Virus record (IMG/VR): IMGVR_UViG_3300005805_009577 | Location: 1-64,000 of that record | DNA: 64,000 nucleotides | Source: a virus | Direction: 5' to 3' (one strand) | Part shown: positions 1-9,470 of the stretch, piece by piece | Layout of the letters: each line of letters begins with the position of its first letter | Numbering within the stretch: position 1 is the first letter of the stretch | Notes under the pieces: model-generated | Seen by the model: the letters and a program-made list of their open reading frames with translations, nothing else | What the model was told of the DNA's origin: nothing | Databases searched by the model: none | Program-made: the position numbers and the translations under genes

Positions 1-1
1 T

Positions 2-166
2 ATTTTATATCCATTAAACGGAACACAAGATATTTTTTATGGTTCAGAAAACCTTTGCAAAGAATACATAGAAAAAAATTTAAATACAAAATTTTTAATA
101 TTTTCTTTTAAAAATGATGCAGAAAAGTGTTATGTAATTTCTAACGAAAAAGTAAAAATTATATAA
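2..166 (+). CDS. 3' end of a CDS entering the window (hypothetical)
   Basis: Frame open from base 2 to TAA at 164-166. Confidence 0.6.
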   Translation: MLYPLNGTQDIFYGSENLCKEYIEKNLNTKFLIFSFKNDAEKCYVISNEKVKII

Positions 167-184
167 AGCCAATAATTAAAATCC

Positions 185-212
185 TTGACTTTTTTATTTT
201 TTTTGCTATACT
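185..212 (+). promoter_or_regulatory. Sigma-70-type promoter
   Basis: TTGACT (185-190), 16 bp spacer, TG-C-TATACT (207-212), i.e. extended -10. Confidence 0.55.
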
Positions 213-277
213 ATCCAAAGTCAGGCTTCAGCAGCCGAAGCTTGTCTTACTTTTTGGCTGTAATAAAGGAGAGTTTG

Positions 278-541
278 ATGTTAAAAGTTTTATGTTTAGT
301 TTTTGCTATCGTTGTTTCCGGCTACTCTTATGGAGGGGAAGTTGCTTCTGTTCTTGTGAACAAGGAAACAGAGACAAAATCAAATGTTGTCGTTACCGAC
401 TGCAAAAAAAGTTGCTGCAAGAGTAGATGTGAAAGACTCTACAATGTAGAGGAAGATTGCAGAGATTCTTGTCGCGAAAGGCTTTTTGGTGGTTATGTAA
501 AGAAGACCACTGTTAGAAAAGTCTACAGACCAGTTCGATAA
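278..541 (+). CDS. Secreted Cys-rich hypothetical protein
   Basis: AAGGAG RBS before ATG 278; signal peptide MLKVLCLVFAIVVSGYSYG; Cys-rich mature part. Confidence 0.7.
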   Translation: MLKVLCLVFAIVVSGYSYGGEVASVLVNKETETKSNVVVTDCKKSCCKSRCERLYNVEEDCRDSCRERLFGGYVKKTTVRKVYRPVR

Positions 542-554
542 TATAATAAATTGT

Positions 555-592
555 ATGTCGCTTAGGTGGGGGAAACCCCACCTAAGCGACAT
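555..592 (+). terminator. Perfect 17-bp hairpin with GAAA loop (terminator-like)
   Basis: ATGTCGCTTAGGTGGGG-GAAA-CCCCACCTAAGCGACAT just after the stop codon. Confidence 0.7.
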
Positions 593-615
593 TAAACTTT
601 AAAAAAAGGAAAAAA

Positions 616-834
616 ATGTTTCAATTTAAAAGATCTCCAATAGTTACTTCAACCATAATTGTTAAAAAAGGAGACGCAGCATTAATATCTAGAGTTACAG
701 AAGATGATATAAGAGAAGAAGCTTATAGAATTTGGGAAAATGAGGGCTGTCAAGGCGACAGTATTGATCATTGGTTAAGAGCAAAAGAGATTGTAGAAAA
801 AAAAATAATTAGTTATTATGTAGATATAAACTAA
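616..834 (+). CDS. DUF2934-like protein
   Basis: IREEAYRIWENEG...DHWLRAKE pattern. Confidence 0.75.
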   Translation: MFQFKRSPIVTSTIIVKKGDAALISRVTEDDIREEAYRIWENEGCQGDSIDHWLRAKEIVEKKIISYYVDIN

Positions 835-835
835 A

Positions 836-1255
836 ATGGTTTATCTAAAAAAAGAAAATATAAGCTCGATAGTTAATCTTTTTAATACGCCTAGCCCAAC
901 TCTAGGAATAGATGTTGATGGTTGCATTGATGAGGCTCCATTATTTTTTTCAATGCTAACCAATAACTGGTCTGGAGATGTATTTATAATTTCTTTAAGA
1001 TCTGATCTAAATAAATTAAAAGAACTTTTAAAAGAAAAAAATATCAGATATACTGATATATTTTTGGTTAAGAAATTGGAAGAAAAAGCTAAAATAATAT
1101 CTCAAAAGGGTGTTAGCTTCTTTATAGACGATCAGCCAGAAGTTTTAAAACACATACCAGATACAGTATCTGTAATGCTATTTAGAAATAATGGCAATTT
1201 TCATTACGGAGAAAAAAAATGGATGTTAAGCGACGATACTGGAATGATATTCTAG
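836..1255 (+). CDS. HAD-superfamily phosphatase-like protein
   Basis: GIDVDGCID (DxDG motif I) and FFIDD (motif IV). Confidence 0.65.
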   Translation: MVYLKKENISSIVNLFNTPSPTLGIDVDGCIDEAPLFFSMLTNNWSGDVFIISLRSDLNKLKELLKEKNIRYTDIFLVKKLEEKAKIISQKGVSFFIDDQPEVLKHIPDTVSVMLFRNNGNFHYGEKKWMLSDDTGMIF

Positions 1256-1259
1256 TATT

Positions 1260-1547
1260 TCAGCTTAATACTGCTTTAATACAGATTGGATCCATTAATA
1301 TTTTGTCTCTTTCAGAGTCATCATAGTTAGGAACAGGAACCCCAGGACCCGATAATAATACTCTGTCTCCTATTTTGAAGCCATATTCTTCTTTTATATT
1401 TGGTCCAATGTCAAGAACTATTGCTTGAAACTCTCTTATATTTTGTTTTTGCTCATTAATTATTAATTTTGTGCCAAGCATTTCTTGTGGTGTTAATAGC
1501 TCAAGAAGTATTTGGTGTCCGCAAGGTTTACATTTTTTTATTTTCAT
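1260..1547 (-). CDS. groES: Co-chaperonin GroES/Cpn10-like protein
   Basis: KPCGHQILLE...AIVLDIGP...FKIGDRVLL...ILM...IKAVL fits the Cpn10 pattern; 95 aa. Confidence 0.75.
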   Translation of the reverse strand: MKIKKCKPCGHQILLELLTPQEMLGTKLIINEQKQNIREFQAIVLDIGPNIKEEYGFKIGDRVLLSGPGVPVPNYDDSERDKILMDPICIKAVLS

Positions 1548-1636
1548 TTTTTTCCTTTTAAATTAAATTAGTTAAAAATTTGATTTTTATATAATTTTTT
1601 ATATAATTATTAAAACCTTAAGAAAGGAAAACCAAA

Positions 1637-2059
1637 GTGGAAAAAACCAAATGCTCACACAGAGATATTAATGCGGCAACAATTGTAGGAAGGCTTGTTA
1701 GAGATTGCGAAGTAAGAGAAACTCCAAAAGGAAAGGTTGTTAAGTTTAGAATTGCCTCATCTAATGGAGAGCAAAAAACAACTTTTATAGATTGCGAATC
1801 ATGGAATATAAATGAAAAAATTATTCAATATTTAGTTAAGGGCAAAGAAGTTAATATTATACAATCTAGACTGATGTATGATGAGTGGGAAAAAAATGGA
1901 GAAAAAAGAAGTAAAAATTATTTGAGTGTTAGAGAACTGACTTTGGGCAAAAGTCCAAACAGAAATAAAGATAAAAGCCTTGATGAAGAAAATTTTGAAA
2001 ATGAAATAGAATCTTTTCTTGATGAAAAGGATGATCAAGATATAGATAAACCTTTTTAA
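1637..2059 (+). CDS. ssb: Single-stranded DNA-binding protein
   Basis: INAATIVGRLVRDCEVR, TTFIDCESW, YLVKGKEV; acidic tail ending PF. Confidence 0.9.
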   Translation: MEKTKCSHRDINAATIVGRLVRDCEVRETPKGKVVKFRIASSNGEQKTTFIDCESWNINEKIIQYLVKGKEVNIIQSRLMYDEWEKNGEKRSKNYLSVRELTLGKSPNRNKDKSLDEENFENEIESFLDEKDDQDIDKPF

Positions 2060-2066
2060 TTAATTT

Positions 2067-2110
2067 AATTGAGGGGGATTTAAATGTTTAGATCCCCCTC
2101 AATTTTTTTT
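2067..2110 (+). terminator. Rho-independent terminator
   Basis: AATTGAGGGGGAT/ATCCCCCTCAATT stem followed by a long T run. Confidence 0.75.
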
Positions 2111-2115
2111 TTTTT

Positions 2116-2814
2116 ATGAAAAAAGTTACTATATGTGTTTGTACTTATGGTGATAATTTACATTTAATTAGTCGCTGCATAAGCACCATACTTGGAAATT
2201 TTAATAGAAATCTATATGAACTAAGAGTAGGATGCAACGATTGCCCAAGCAGAGTTATTAATTTTTTAAATAATGTTAATATTGATAAGTTAATTATTTC
2301 TAAAAACAATCTTTATAAAAACGGTATGATGAAGCACCTCTATACAGATATTAGCTCTGAATATGTTTTTTGGTTTGATGATGATAGCCATGTGAAAAGA
2401 AATTGTCTTGATTCAATAATAAGTATAGCGGATAATTCTAAAGAAGATGAAGCAATTTTTGGGACAATAGGAATGTTTCCAACTCTTTATGAAATAGAAA
2501 AAGAAATAGGCTTGGACAACTGGATCAAACAACAAATTTGGTATAAAAATAAGTCTTATCCCAATTTTGAAAATGATTATTCTAAGAAAAAAGATGGTTT
2601 TTATTTTGTATTAGGAGGAAATTATTTTATAAAAACCAAAGTTTTAAAAAAGATAAATTGGCCAAGCGATCCTACAAATTTTCTTTTCAAGTACAGCAGG
2701 AATGGCGAAGATATTATTCTTGGGGAAGCCATACATCAAAATGGTTACAAGTGCGTTAATTTAGGCGTTGATTATGGCGTCGTTGTCAATGATTCGCCAA
2801 CTAGGTGTTCTTAA
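2116..2814 (+). CDS. Glycosyltransferase, GT-A fold (GT2-like)
   Basis: VTICVCTY start, GCND, YVFWFDDD (DxD), GEDIILG. Confidence 0.75.
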   Translation: MKKVTICVCTYGDNLHLISRCISTILGNFNRNLYELRVGCNDCPSRVINFLNNVNIDKLIISKNNLYKNGMMKHLYTDISSEYVFWFDDDSHVKRNCLDSIISIADNSKEDEAIFGTIGMFPTLYEIEKEIGLDNWIKQQIWYKNKSYPNFENDYSKKKDGFYFVLGGNYFIKTKVLKKINWPSDPTNFLFKYSRNGEDIILGEAIHQNGYKCVNLGVDYGVVVNDSPTRCS

Positions 2815-2815
2815 A

Positions 2816-3646
2816 ATGGGCTTAAATATTTATGGATCGCTTAAATTTGGAAATTATATTCAAGCTTTATTAAATGCCCTAAATTATTGTTTAAATGATG
2901 GTATAAAAGAATTAAGTTTTGAGCAAATAAGTTTTGACGGCAGATTATTACTTAATAAATCAAAAATATATATAGATGTAGATCTAGAAAAAGATAATAG
3001 TCAAGAAATTTTTTTGAATATCCAAGACTGTTTTTCTAATAGATTTCCAAATAAAAAAGCAACCAGTTTTCCAACCACAGGTAAAAAAAGGAACTTATTT
3101 AAAAAATACATTGGACCAATATTTGATATAAATTTTAATCAACAAGATCATTTTTTAAATGATCCCAAGAAGTTATCAATTCATATAAGAGGTGGAGATA
3201 TTTTTTCTATAAGTCCACATCCGTCGTATAGACAGCCTCCATTAGATTATTATTTAAAAATAATGAAAAGTTATGAAGAAGTTTTTTTGATAGCTCAAGA
3301 CAAGTTTAATCCTTGTGTAAATGAACTGTTGAAATTAAATAATGTACATTTTATAAGCTCAGACTTAAAAGAAGATTTGACCAATCTAGTTTGTTCTCAA
3401 AATGTTGTTTTGGGGTATGGCACCTTCGGAATGATTCCTTTATATTGTTCTATAAATTTAAAAAATATTTATTTTCCTGATTATTTTATAACTCAGGAAT
3501 CTTTGGAAAAAAATTTTAAAAATTATCCATGTGATATAAATTTTCACTGTTTGTCTATACCCGATTACATAAAAAAAGGTGAATGGCAAAACACAGAAGA
3601 ACAACGCAGTTTTATGTTAAATTATAGATTGCCATATCAAATATAA
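2816..3646 (+). CDS. GT11-like (alpha-1,2-fucosyltransferase-like) protein
   Basis: SIHIRGGDIF and QPPLDYY; N-terminal GSLKFGNYIQ resembles the GRLGNQ loop. Confidence 0.6.
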   Translation: MGLNIYGSLKFGNYIQALLNALNYCLNDGIKELSFEQISFDGRLLLNKSKIYIDVDLEKDNSQEIFLNIQDCFSNRFPNKKATSFPTTGKKRNLFKKYIGPIFDINFNQQDHFLNDPKKLSIHIRGGDIFSISPHPSYRQPPLDYYLKIMKSYEEVFLIAQDKFNPCVNELLKLNNVHFISSDLKEDLTNLVCSQNVVLGYGTFGMIPLYCSINLKNIYFPDYFITQESLEKNFKNYPCDINFHCLSIPDYIKKGEWQNTEEQRSFMLNYRLPYQI

Positions 3647-3649
3647 TCT

Positions 3650-4735
3650 TTGTCTAATATATATTTTGTGAAAAAATATAAAATAAAAGGCGAATATTGG
3701 ATTATAAACGGATCGGCAAATTACGCTGACGGTGATAATAGCGACAAAAATCATGAAATTATTGCGTATGGACACATAGCTAGTCAATATTTGAAGCCTA
3801 TATACAATCTTGCCAGTTCTTTAGAATTAAAAATTCCTAGCCTTCAATCAATAGAATCAGATTATGAAGATGTTGCATCTAATATTCAATCTTTATTGCA
3901 TGTAATAAAAAACAAATTAAATTTAAAAGATTCTGAATTATTTATTGGAGAACTTTCTAGAGGCAGCGGCATAGATTTAGAGACAATTAAGGTTCTTGTT
4001 CAAGGCATGTCTTTATTTGGCTCTTCTTCAAATTTAGATCCACGGGTTTATGTGATGAAAAGAGAAAATTGGATTGCTGTTAGAAACAACAATATAGAAT
4101 TATTTGGCATAGATCAAAGCAAAATTAAAAGTTTAATAAGTGGATTAGATGACATATTAGATCAAGAAGGCGAATACGATATCGAAGACGAAAATATTGA
4201 GTTTAATTTATATGATTTCAAAACAAACAAAAGCATAGACTTAACCCTTGAGGATATTAAAAATAACAAATTATTTAAACCTAAAACTTTACCACAAACT
4301 ACTTATAACTATTCTTTGCCTGTACTAGTCGGAAAACAACATGGAAGAGAGTTATGGAGAGGGACAAGCGAGTCTTTTAGTTTTAAAAATTGGATAGAGT
4401 CAACAATTGCAATAGGACAATGTTTTCCTTATGCCAATAATTTAGCAATGGAAATTTTAAAAGACGAAGTTATTAATGAAAAAGATATTTTTGTTTGCCA
4501 CGGAGAAGTAGAAGAGCCTTTAGCCTCTAATCCAAAAAGATATTTACATGCATGGGTTGAAGTTAAATTTAAAGGCGAAGAAAGAGTTTACGACTGGCAA
4601 ATGAATTTAGCAAAAAATAGTTTATCTAAAATAGAATTTTATAGACTGTTTAAGCCAAGCAACATTACTAAATACACAATTGAACAGTCTATGATAAATT
4701 GTCTAAAACATAAACATCACGGCCCCTGGAGCTAA
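3650..4735 (+). CDS. Hypothetical protein with a C-terminal transglutaminase/papain-like Cys-His-Asp region
   Basis: GQCFPYA...CHG...HAWVE...VYDWQ. Confidence 0.5.
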   Translation: MSNIYFVKKYKIKGEYWIINGSANYADGDNSDKNHEIIAYGHIASQYLKPIYNLASSLELKIPSLQSIESDYEDVASNIQSLLHVIKNKLNLKDSELFIGELSRGSGIDLETIKVLVQGMSLFGSSSNLDPRVYVMKRENWIAVRNNNIELFGIDQSKIKSLISGLDDILDQEGEYDIEDENIEFNLYDFKTNKSIDLTLEDIKNNKLFKPKTLPQTTYNYSLPVLVGKQHGRELWRGTSESFSFKNWIESTIAIGQCFPYANNLAMEILKDEVINEKDIFVCHGEVEEPLASNPKRYLHAWVEVKFKGEERVYDWQMNLAKNSLSKIEFYRLFKPSNITKYTIEQSMINCLKHKHHGPWS

Positions 4736-4775
4736 ATTATTCTTTTTTCTACTATATAATAAGAAGCGATCAAAT

Positions 4776-5642
4776 ATGAAAGACTTTGTACAATTCCTAA
4801 CAGAAGAAAAAATAAAAAATAAAAATGCCAAAATCAATATAGTTGCTATACAAGGATCAGCTAGAAATGATAAATGTTGTCCGGATAAAGAATCAAAAAG
4901 CTATAGGTTATTGAAAAACGCTATAAAAGATAGAACGGACGTAATTTTCGATGTCATTGATCTTTCTGTAAAATGTGACGGCAATATTATTCAGCCATGC
5001 AAAGCTTGTATAAGTACTGCAGGCGGTTATCACTGCCATTGGCAGTGCGATTGTTATTTTAAGGGCTCAAAAGTAAAAGATTTTATGCACGAAGAAAATG
5101 TATATAAAAGATTAGAAAAATGTGATGGCTTTGTTGTTTTCTCTCCAATTAATTGGGATGCACCAAGCAGTGTAGTTAAAAACTTTTTTGATAGACTGGT
5201 TTGTTGTAATTTGACTCTAAGTGTAGAGGACGCCAAGAAAGTTTTAGGAGAAGATAATTTAAAAAATAGCAAAGCAACAAGAGAGCTTGCCAAAAACGGC
5301 AAGTATGACCATCTCTTAAAAAATCATCTAGAAGGAAAATTTGCCGCCTTCTTCATGCAAGGAGACAACGGAGCGGATGATTACACAAAAATTGAAAAGC
5401 CTGATTCTTACTTAGAATATATGAAGGGCAAAACAATAAAATCAGATCCAACTTCATCGATAGAGCCAATAGTTAAACAACTAGTTTATTCGGGAATATA
5501 CGTTAAAGATGGTTGTGTAGACGGCCTGATATCAGGATTCGGAACAGATTATCCAACCAATGATGATAAATTAGAGCAAGAATTATTTAAAAGATCTAGA
5601 AGAGTTGTAGATAATTTAATTAATGCTATCATTAGCAAATAA
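4776..5642 (+). CDS. Iron-sulfur flavoprotein / NADPH-dependent FMN reductase (flavodoxin-like)
   Basis: IVAIQGSAR, IQPCKAC...CHWQCDC, CDGFVVFSPINW; N-terminus MKDFVQFLTE. Confidence 0.8.
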   Translation: MKDFVQFLTEEKIKNKNAKINIVAIQGSARNDKCCPDKESKSYRLLKNAIKDRTDVIFDVIDLSVKCDGNIIQPCKACISTAGGYHCHWQCDCYFKGSKVKDFMHEENVYKRLEKCDGFVVFSPINWDAPSSVVKNFFDRLVCCNLTLSVEDAKKVLGEDNLKNSKATRELAKNGKYDHLLKNHLEGKFAAFFMQGDNGADDYTKIEKPDSYLEYMKGKTIKSDPTSSIEPIVKQLVYSGIYVKDGCVDGLISGFGTDYPTNDDKLEQELFKRSRRVVDNLINAIISK

Positions 5643-5644
5643 CA

Positions 5645-6265
5645 TCACCTCCAATGTCCAAATTTAGAACTGGCTTTATAATAAGACCACTCTTTATTTA
5701 GCTCCGTTAAATACCATGGCACGTGTTTGATTGTATATGGTCTATTTAATCTTAATGAATTATATGCAAATATTGAATTTTTTCTATATAAACAAAATGT
5801 TGTATCTGTTAGTCCTATATATCCATCAAATTTTTCATCGTACATTTCCCAATATTTTTTTTCCCAATCAATTATTTCTTTTTTCTTATTGGTTTCTGGC
5901 AAATTATTTATTTCTATGCTAAATCCAACTTTAAAATAACTACTATTTTCTATAACATATATCATTTTATCGAGCCAATTTTCTGGCACCCCTTCATAGT
6001 TACAATCCGGATCTGTTACTATAAACGGATTTCCATTATGCAGTTTTTTGGTTTCTCTAGACCAGGGAGAATAAGGTCCAAAATTTTTTAATTTTATTAT
6101 TTCTATACCACAATTTTTATAATAGTTTAAACACGGTTCATAGGTAGATTCATGATCTAGTATAAAAATATTAACTCTTTTTTCTTTTAACAAAAAGTCT
6201 ATTGTATTTTTTGTCGTAGTGTGTAGATTTCTATTAATTATAAAAGCATTTATTTTTTCACACAT
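5645..6265 (-). CDS. Glycosyltransferase, GT2-like
   Basis: IFILDHESTY, FIVTDPD (DxD), DTTFCLY. Confidence 0.7.
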   Translation of the reverse strand: MCEKINAFIINRNLHTTTKNTIDFLLKEKRVNIFILDHESTYEPCLNYYKNCGIEIIKLKNFGPYSPWSRETKKLHNGNPFIVTDPDCNYEGVPENWLDKMIYVIENSSYFKVGFSIEINNLPETNKKKEIIDWEKKYWEMYDEKFDGYIGLTDTTFCLYRKNSIFAYNSLRLNRPYTIKHVPWYLTELNKEWSYYKASSKFGHWR

Positions 6266-6273
6266 ATTTTAAT

Positions 6274-7011
6274 CTAGTAAAATTCGTGTGCATTAAGTCC
6301 TAACTTTTCTCTTTTTTGTTTTATTTTTTCTATTTCTTTTTCTGTACTGTAATTTTTTGTTTTATTGGGACCCAGGTCAAATATATATGTTTTATTCCCT
6401 TTAACGCCTATGTTAGACGGCCCAGCATCGTTGTGGAAAAATCCTGTTTTTTTGTATAAGTCTTCAATTAGCTTTATTATAATTAACATGTTTTTTAATA
6501 ATTTTTTAGGCATATTGAATTTTTCTAAAATATTATTAGACATATCTACTAAAATATTTTTATCTTCTGGAAATTCTGTTAAATCGTATTCGTCTATCAT
6601 AACTGTAACTAAATCGGCTGCTAATTTTATATCTTCTGGAGCATTTTCTGTGTCTAGTTTGCTTTGTAGTATTGCATATTTATTGCCTATTTTTTTAACA
6701 TCTATTATATTTTTACCAATTTTTGTGTTTATTATCATTTTTGCTATATTAGCTTCCACTGCATCCTCAGTAAATTTTAAAACCTTATTATTTGGTAAAA
6801 AATAAGCTATTCCACTGCCGCCTTTTTTGAAGCTTGGTTTTTCTGTAATTTCTATTCCGTGTAATCTTAACCAATTATTTAACTCTTTATTACTCCAAAT
6901 ATTTTCTTCTATTTGAATAGATTCGTTTATTTTATTTGTCATTAATGATAAAATTTTAGATTTAACAAAGCTTATTTGCTTTTTAAGAGTAAATTGCTTA
7001 AATGAATTCAT
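6274..7011 (-). CDS. Protein-kinase-like phosphotransferase
   Basis: GGSGIAY Gly loop, VLK, HNDAGPSNIG catalytic loop, FDLG; probable start MNSFKQF at 7011. Confidence 0.75.
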   Translation of the reverse strand: MNSFKQFTLKKQISFVKSKILSLMTNKINESIQIEENIWSNKELNNWLRLHGIEITEKPSFKKGGSGIAYFLPNNKVLKFTEDAVEANIAKMIINTKIGKNIIDVKKIGNKYAILQSKLDTENAPEDIKLAADLVTVMIDEYDLTEFPEDKNILVDMSNNILEKFNMPKKLLKNMLIIIKLIEDLYKKTGFFHNDAGPSNIGVKGNKTYIFDLGPNKTKNYSTEKEIEKIKQKREKLGLNAHEFY

Positions 7012-7091
7012 TATATTTATATAGATGTTTACTGGAGACTTTTGTTGGTTAAAAAAAACAAAAAATGTATTGAAAAAATTTTTTCTTTGAC

Positions 7092-7119
7092 TTGACATCG
7101 AAAAACGTCGATCTAGTAT
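7092..7119 (+). promoter_or_regulatory. Sigma-70-type promoter
   Basis: TTGACA, 16 bp spacer, TAGTAT. Confidence 0.5.
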
Positions 7120-7171
7120 TGATTTGAAAGCACTTTATTTCGAAGTGCAATTTTTCAAAAAGGAGTTAGAA

Positions 7172-7423
7172 ATGGCTGTCAAAGTCAATGGTAAAAAGAA
7201 GGTTACGATTGAAAAGTTCATCGAGGCCTACCAAAACCCTCGGTTTGTCAAAGTTTCGCAAGTTGCCGAATACCTTGGCGTGAAACCAAGCACAATTAGT
7301 ATTCGTGCCAACAAACTGAAGAAGGGTGGCGTTGGACTCAGAGATTTTCCTAGGGTTAGAGAGTCGAATATAGTAGAAAAGGCCAAAAGAATATTAGATG
7401 GTCTTAAGAAAGCTTCAAAATAA
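7172..7423 (+). CDS. Small HTH DNA-binding protein (paralog of 46858..47136)
   Basis: AGGAG RBS; VSQVAEYLGVKPSTISIRANKLKK. Confidence 0.7.
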   Translation: MAVKVNGKKKVTIEKFIEAYQNPRFVKVSQVAEYLGVKPSTISIRANKLKKGGVGLRDFPRVRESNIVEKAKRILDGLKKASK

Positions 7424-7446
7424 GTTTTATTTAAAACTTATTAAAC

Positions 7447-7480
7447 AAAAAAAGGGGGGAGAAATCTCCCCTTTTTTTTT
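7447..7480. terminator. Terminator hairpin flanked by A and T runs
   Basis: AAAAAAAGGGGGGA-GAAA-TCTCCCCTTTTTTTTT. Confidence 0.7.
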
Positions 7481-7492
7481 ATTTTTTTTCGT

Positions 7493-7498
7493 GGTACG
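7493..7498 (+). promoter_or_regulatory. RGTACG motif, copy 1
   Basis: TTTTTTTCGT-GGTACG, 24 nt before ATG 7523. Confidence 0.55.
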
Positions 7499-7522
7499 CT
7501 TGCTCGTGAAAGGGAGACAAAA

Positions 7523-7633
7523 ATGCCTACTACAATGCCTGTAAAAACACCTGTAAAAGTGCCGCAAGCACCACCCAAACAAGAGCCTTTTAAAAGCCCT
7601 AGACCGTCTGTTATGCCTGAACCTAAGAATTAA
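7523..7633 (+). CDS. 36-aa proline-rich small protein (absent from the ORF track)
   Basis: GGGAG RBS; MPTTMPVKTPVKVPQAPPKQEPFKSPRPSVMPEPKN. Confidence 0.6.
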   Translation: MPTTMPVKTPVKVPQAPPKQEPFKSPRPSVMPEPKN

Positions 7634-7655
7634 ATATAAAGAAAAATAAAAAATT

Positions 7656-8681
7656 ATGTATGAAAATAGTTTGCACGTTAATCCTGTTATTAGAAACTTT
7701 TGGATTAATCTCAGAAAATCAGAATCTCCTTTTCATGTTTTCAAGAAAAATAGAAATTTAGTTTATTTTGGAAACACTTTAAGCAAAGCTTCTTATGAAT
7801 TTTTTGGAAAAAGGGCAAAAGATTTAGATATTGATGTGGATATATCTCATCAAACACAAAACTTTCAAGACATTTTAAGAAAAGAGCGTGGCAATGAAAA
7901 AAAGTTGGAAGCTTTAGCCAAAAAAGCAGTATATGAGTCTTTTGGTATACCCGAAGATATTCTTGATGTTGAGCTAAACGGCAGCAAAGACGTAGATCTA
8001 AACAGGGTTGAAAAGAAAGAAAATATTCCTTATTCTAAATTAGATAGAGAAACTCAAAAGCTAATCAATAAAAGAATCTTGTTAAACACCATCATCCAGG
8101 GTTCGAGTATTCATGCTTTTTGTACTTTGCATCATTTAGTTAAGGATGATCTTGAAAAATTAATTCCTGGAATTGTTAAGCTTTATGATTCGTTGAGCGT
8201 AGGAACTGTTAGTTCTTATTGGAAAATAGATTATTCCAAATATGCAGAAGATCCTGATTTTTCTCAAAACATGGCAATAGGAAGCTCTAAGATTGAATAT
8301 GATGAAGAGGAAAATCCAGAAGTTGTATGTTCTGCAAAAACTTTTACTGTTTTGTGCCAAGAAATGGTAAAGGGCGGAATAGAGTGCATATGTCTACATG
8401 GTCTTCAAGATATCTCAAAAGAACAGCTAGAGATAGTTTATAATTTTAGCGATAAAAGGGTTGATGAACCTAGATATATCCAAGCTAGTTCAGAAGTTTG
8501 GCGTAGACTGCTTTCTTTTTACAAAGTTTATAAAAAAGATAACGACACCACACTGCCAGAATATATAATGAATATTAGCCTTCTATCCCCAGATGTTATT
8601 GAAGATTTTTTTGAAGGAGTCATTGATAATGATTTTGATAAGTCTATGGCAATCATTGGAGAAATAGTAAGTGAAACTTAA
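7656..8681 (+). CDS. Hypothetical phage protein
   Basis: 341-aa ORF; KRILLNTIIQGSSIH, DEPRYIQ; function unknown. Confidence 0.75.
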   Translation: MYENSLHVNPVIRNFWINLRKSESPFHVFKKNRNLVYFGNTLSKASYEFFGKRAKDLDIDVDISHQTQNFQDILRKERGNEKKLEALAKKAVYESFGIPEDILDVELNGSKDVDLNRVEKKENIPYSKLDRETQKLINKRILLNTIIQGSSIHAFCTLHHLVKDDLEKLIPGIVKLYDSLSVGTVSSYWKIDYSKYAEDPDFSQNMAIGSSKIEYDEEENPEVVCSAKTFTVLCQEMVKGGIECICLHGLQDISKEQLEIVYNFSDKRVDEPRYIQASSEVWRRLLSFYKVYKKDNDTTLPEYIMNISLLSPDVIEDFFEGVIDNDFDKSMAIIGEIVSET

Positions 8682-8874
8682 TAGTTTTTGGATTGTTAAA
8701 ATTCCAGATAAAAACTCTGAATTATCTGATGTTTGTTTTGAATCAAATTTAGAAGATTTTGCTTGTATGGTGCGTGGTGGCTTTAATGAAAAAGAAATTT
8801 ATTCTGTTCATGATAATAAACAAGAGGCCACAAAGCAATCTAAAAAACTCTTTGAATTGTTGAATGAAAATTAA
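8671..8874 (+). CDS. Hypothetical protein
   Basis: ORF coupled to the upstream gene. Confidence 0.6.
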   Translation: MKLNSFWIVKIPDKNSELSDVCFESNLEDFACMVRGGFNEKEIYSVHDNKQEATKQSKKLFELLNEN

Positions 8875-9321
8875 CTAATTTTTATTTACTATAGGATTAA
8901 ATATAAAATCATTTTCTTCATCATCGTAATGACAATCTAAAAGTCCCTCAGACGATAACTTAGAAAGAGCATTATTTATTATTCTAGAAAATAGTTCTTG
9001 TGCTATTTTTCCACAATTTGCTTCTGTGTCTTTGATAATCCAATAATTATTTATTTTTTTAGAATAATCCTCTAATATCAAAATAGATTCGTTTATAGTT
9101 AAAAAGTTATCCATTTCTTTGTTTATTAATTTTACTTTTTTTAATTTTTCTAAAATTATTCCATGAACTTCGTATAAAGTATCGTTTTTTATTTTTTTGC
9201 TTTGATTTTTATTTTTTTCTTCTTTAATTCCCTTAAATATCATTTTTCTTATTTGTTTTAAAAAACTTTCTACTTCTTTTCTGTTTAATTTTTTCATGGT
9301 TTCTCTCCGATTATTTATCAT
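8875..9321 (-). CDS. Hypothetical protein
   Basis: 148-aa ORF filling the gap; likely start at 9297 after GGAGA. Confidence 0.65.
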   Translation of the reverse strand: MINNRRETMKKLNRKEVESFLKQIRKMIFKGIKEEKNKNQSKKIKNDTLYEVHGIILEKLKKVKLINKEMDNFLTINESILILEDYSKKINNYWIIKDTEANCGKIAQELFSRIINNALSKLSSEGLLDCHYDDEENDFIFNPIVNKN

Positions 9322-9360
9322 ATCTAAAATATTATTTGAATCAAACTAAAAAAAAATTAA

Positions 9361-9390
9361 TTGATTACGAAAAGAAAAATATGGTATAAT
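9361..9390 (+). promoter_or_regulatory. Sigma-70-type promoter with extended -10
   Basis: TTGATT, 18 bp spacer, TG-G-TATAAT. Confidence 0.55.
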
Positions 9391-9405
9391 GAAAATTCGA
9401 ATTCT

Positions 9406-9411
9406 GGTACG
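9406..9411 (+). promoter_or_regulatory. RGTACG motif, copy 2
   Basis: ATTCT-GGTACG upstream of the rIIA-like gene. Confidence 0.5.
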
Positions 9412-9470
9412 GCGGTCTGGTGTCCCTCAAATAAAAAATATAGGATTTTGAGACTTAGAAAAGGAATAAA

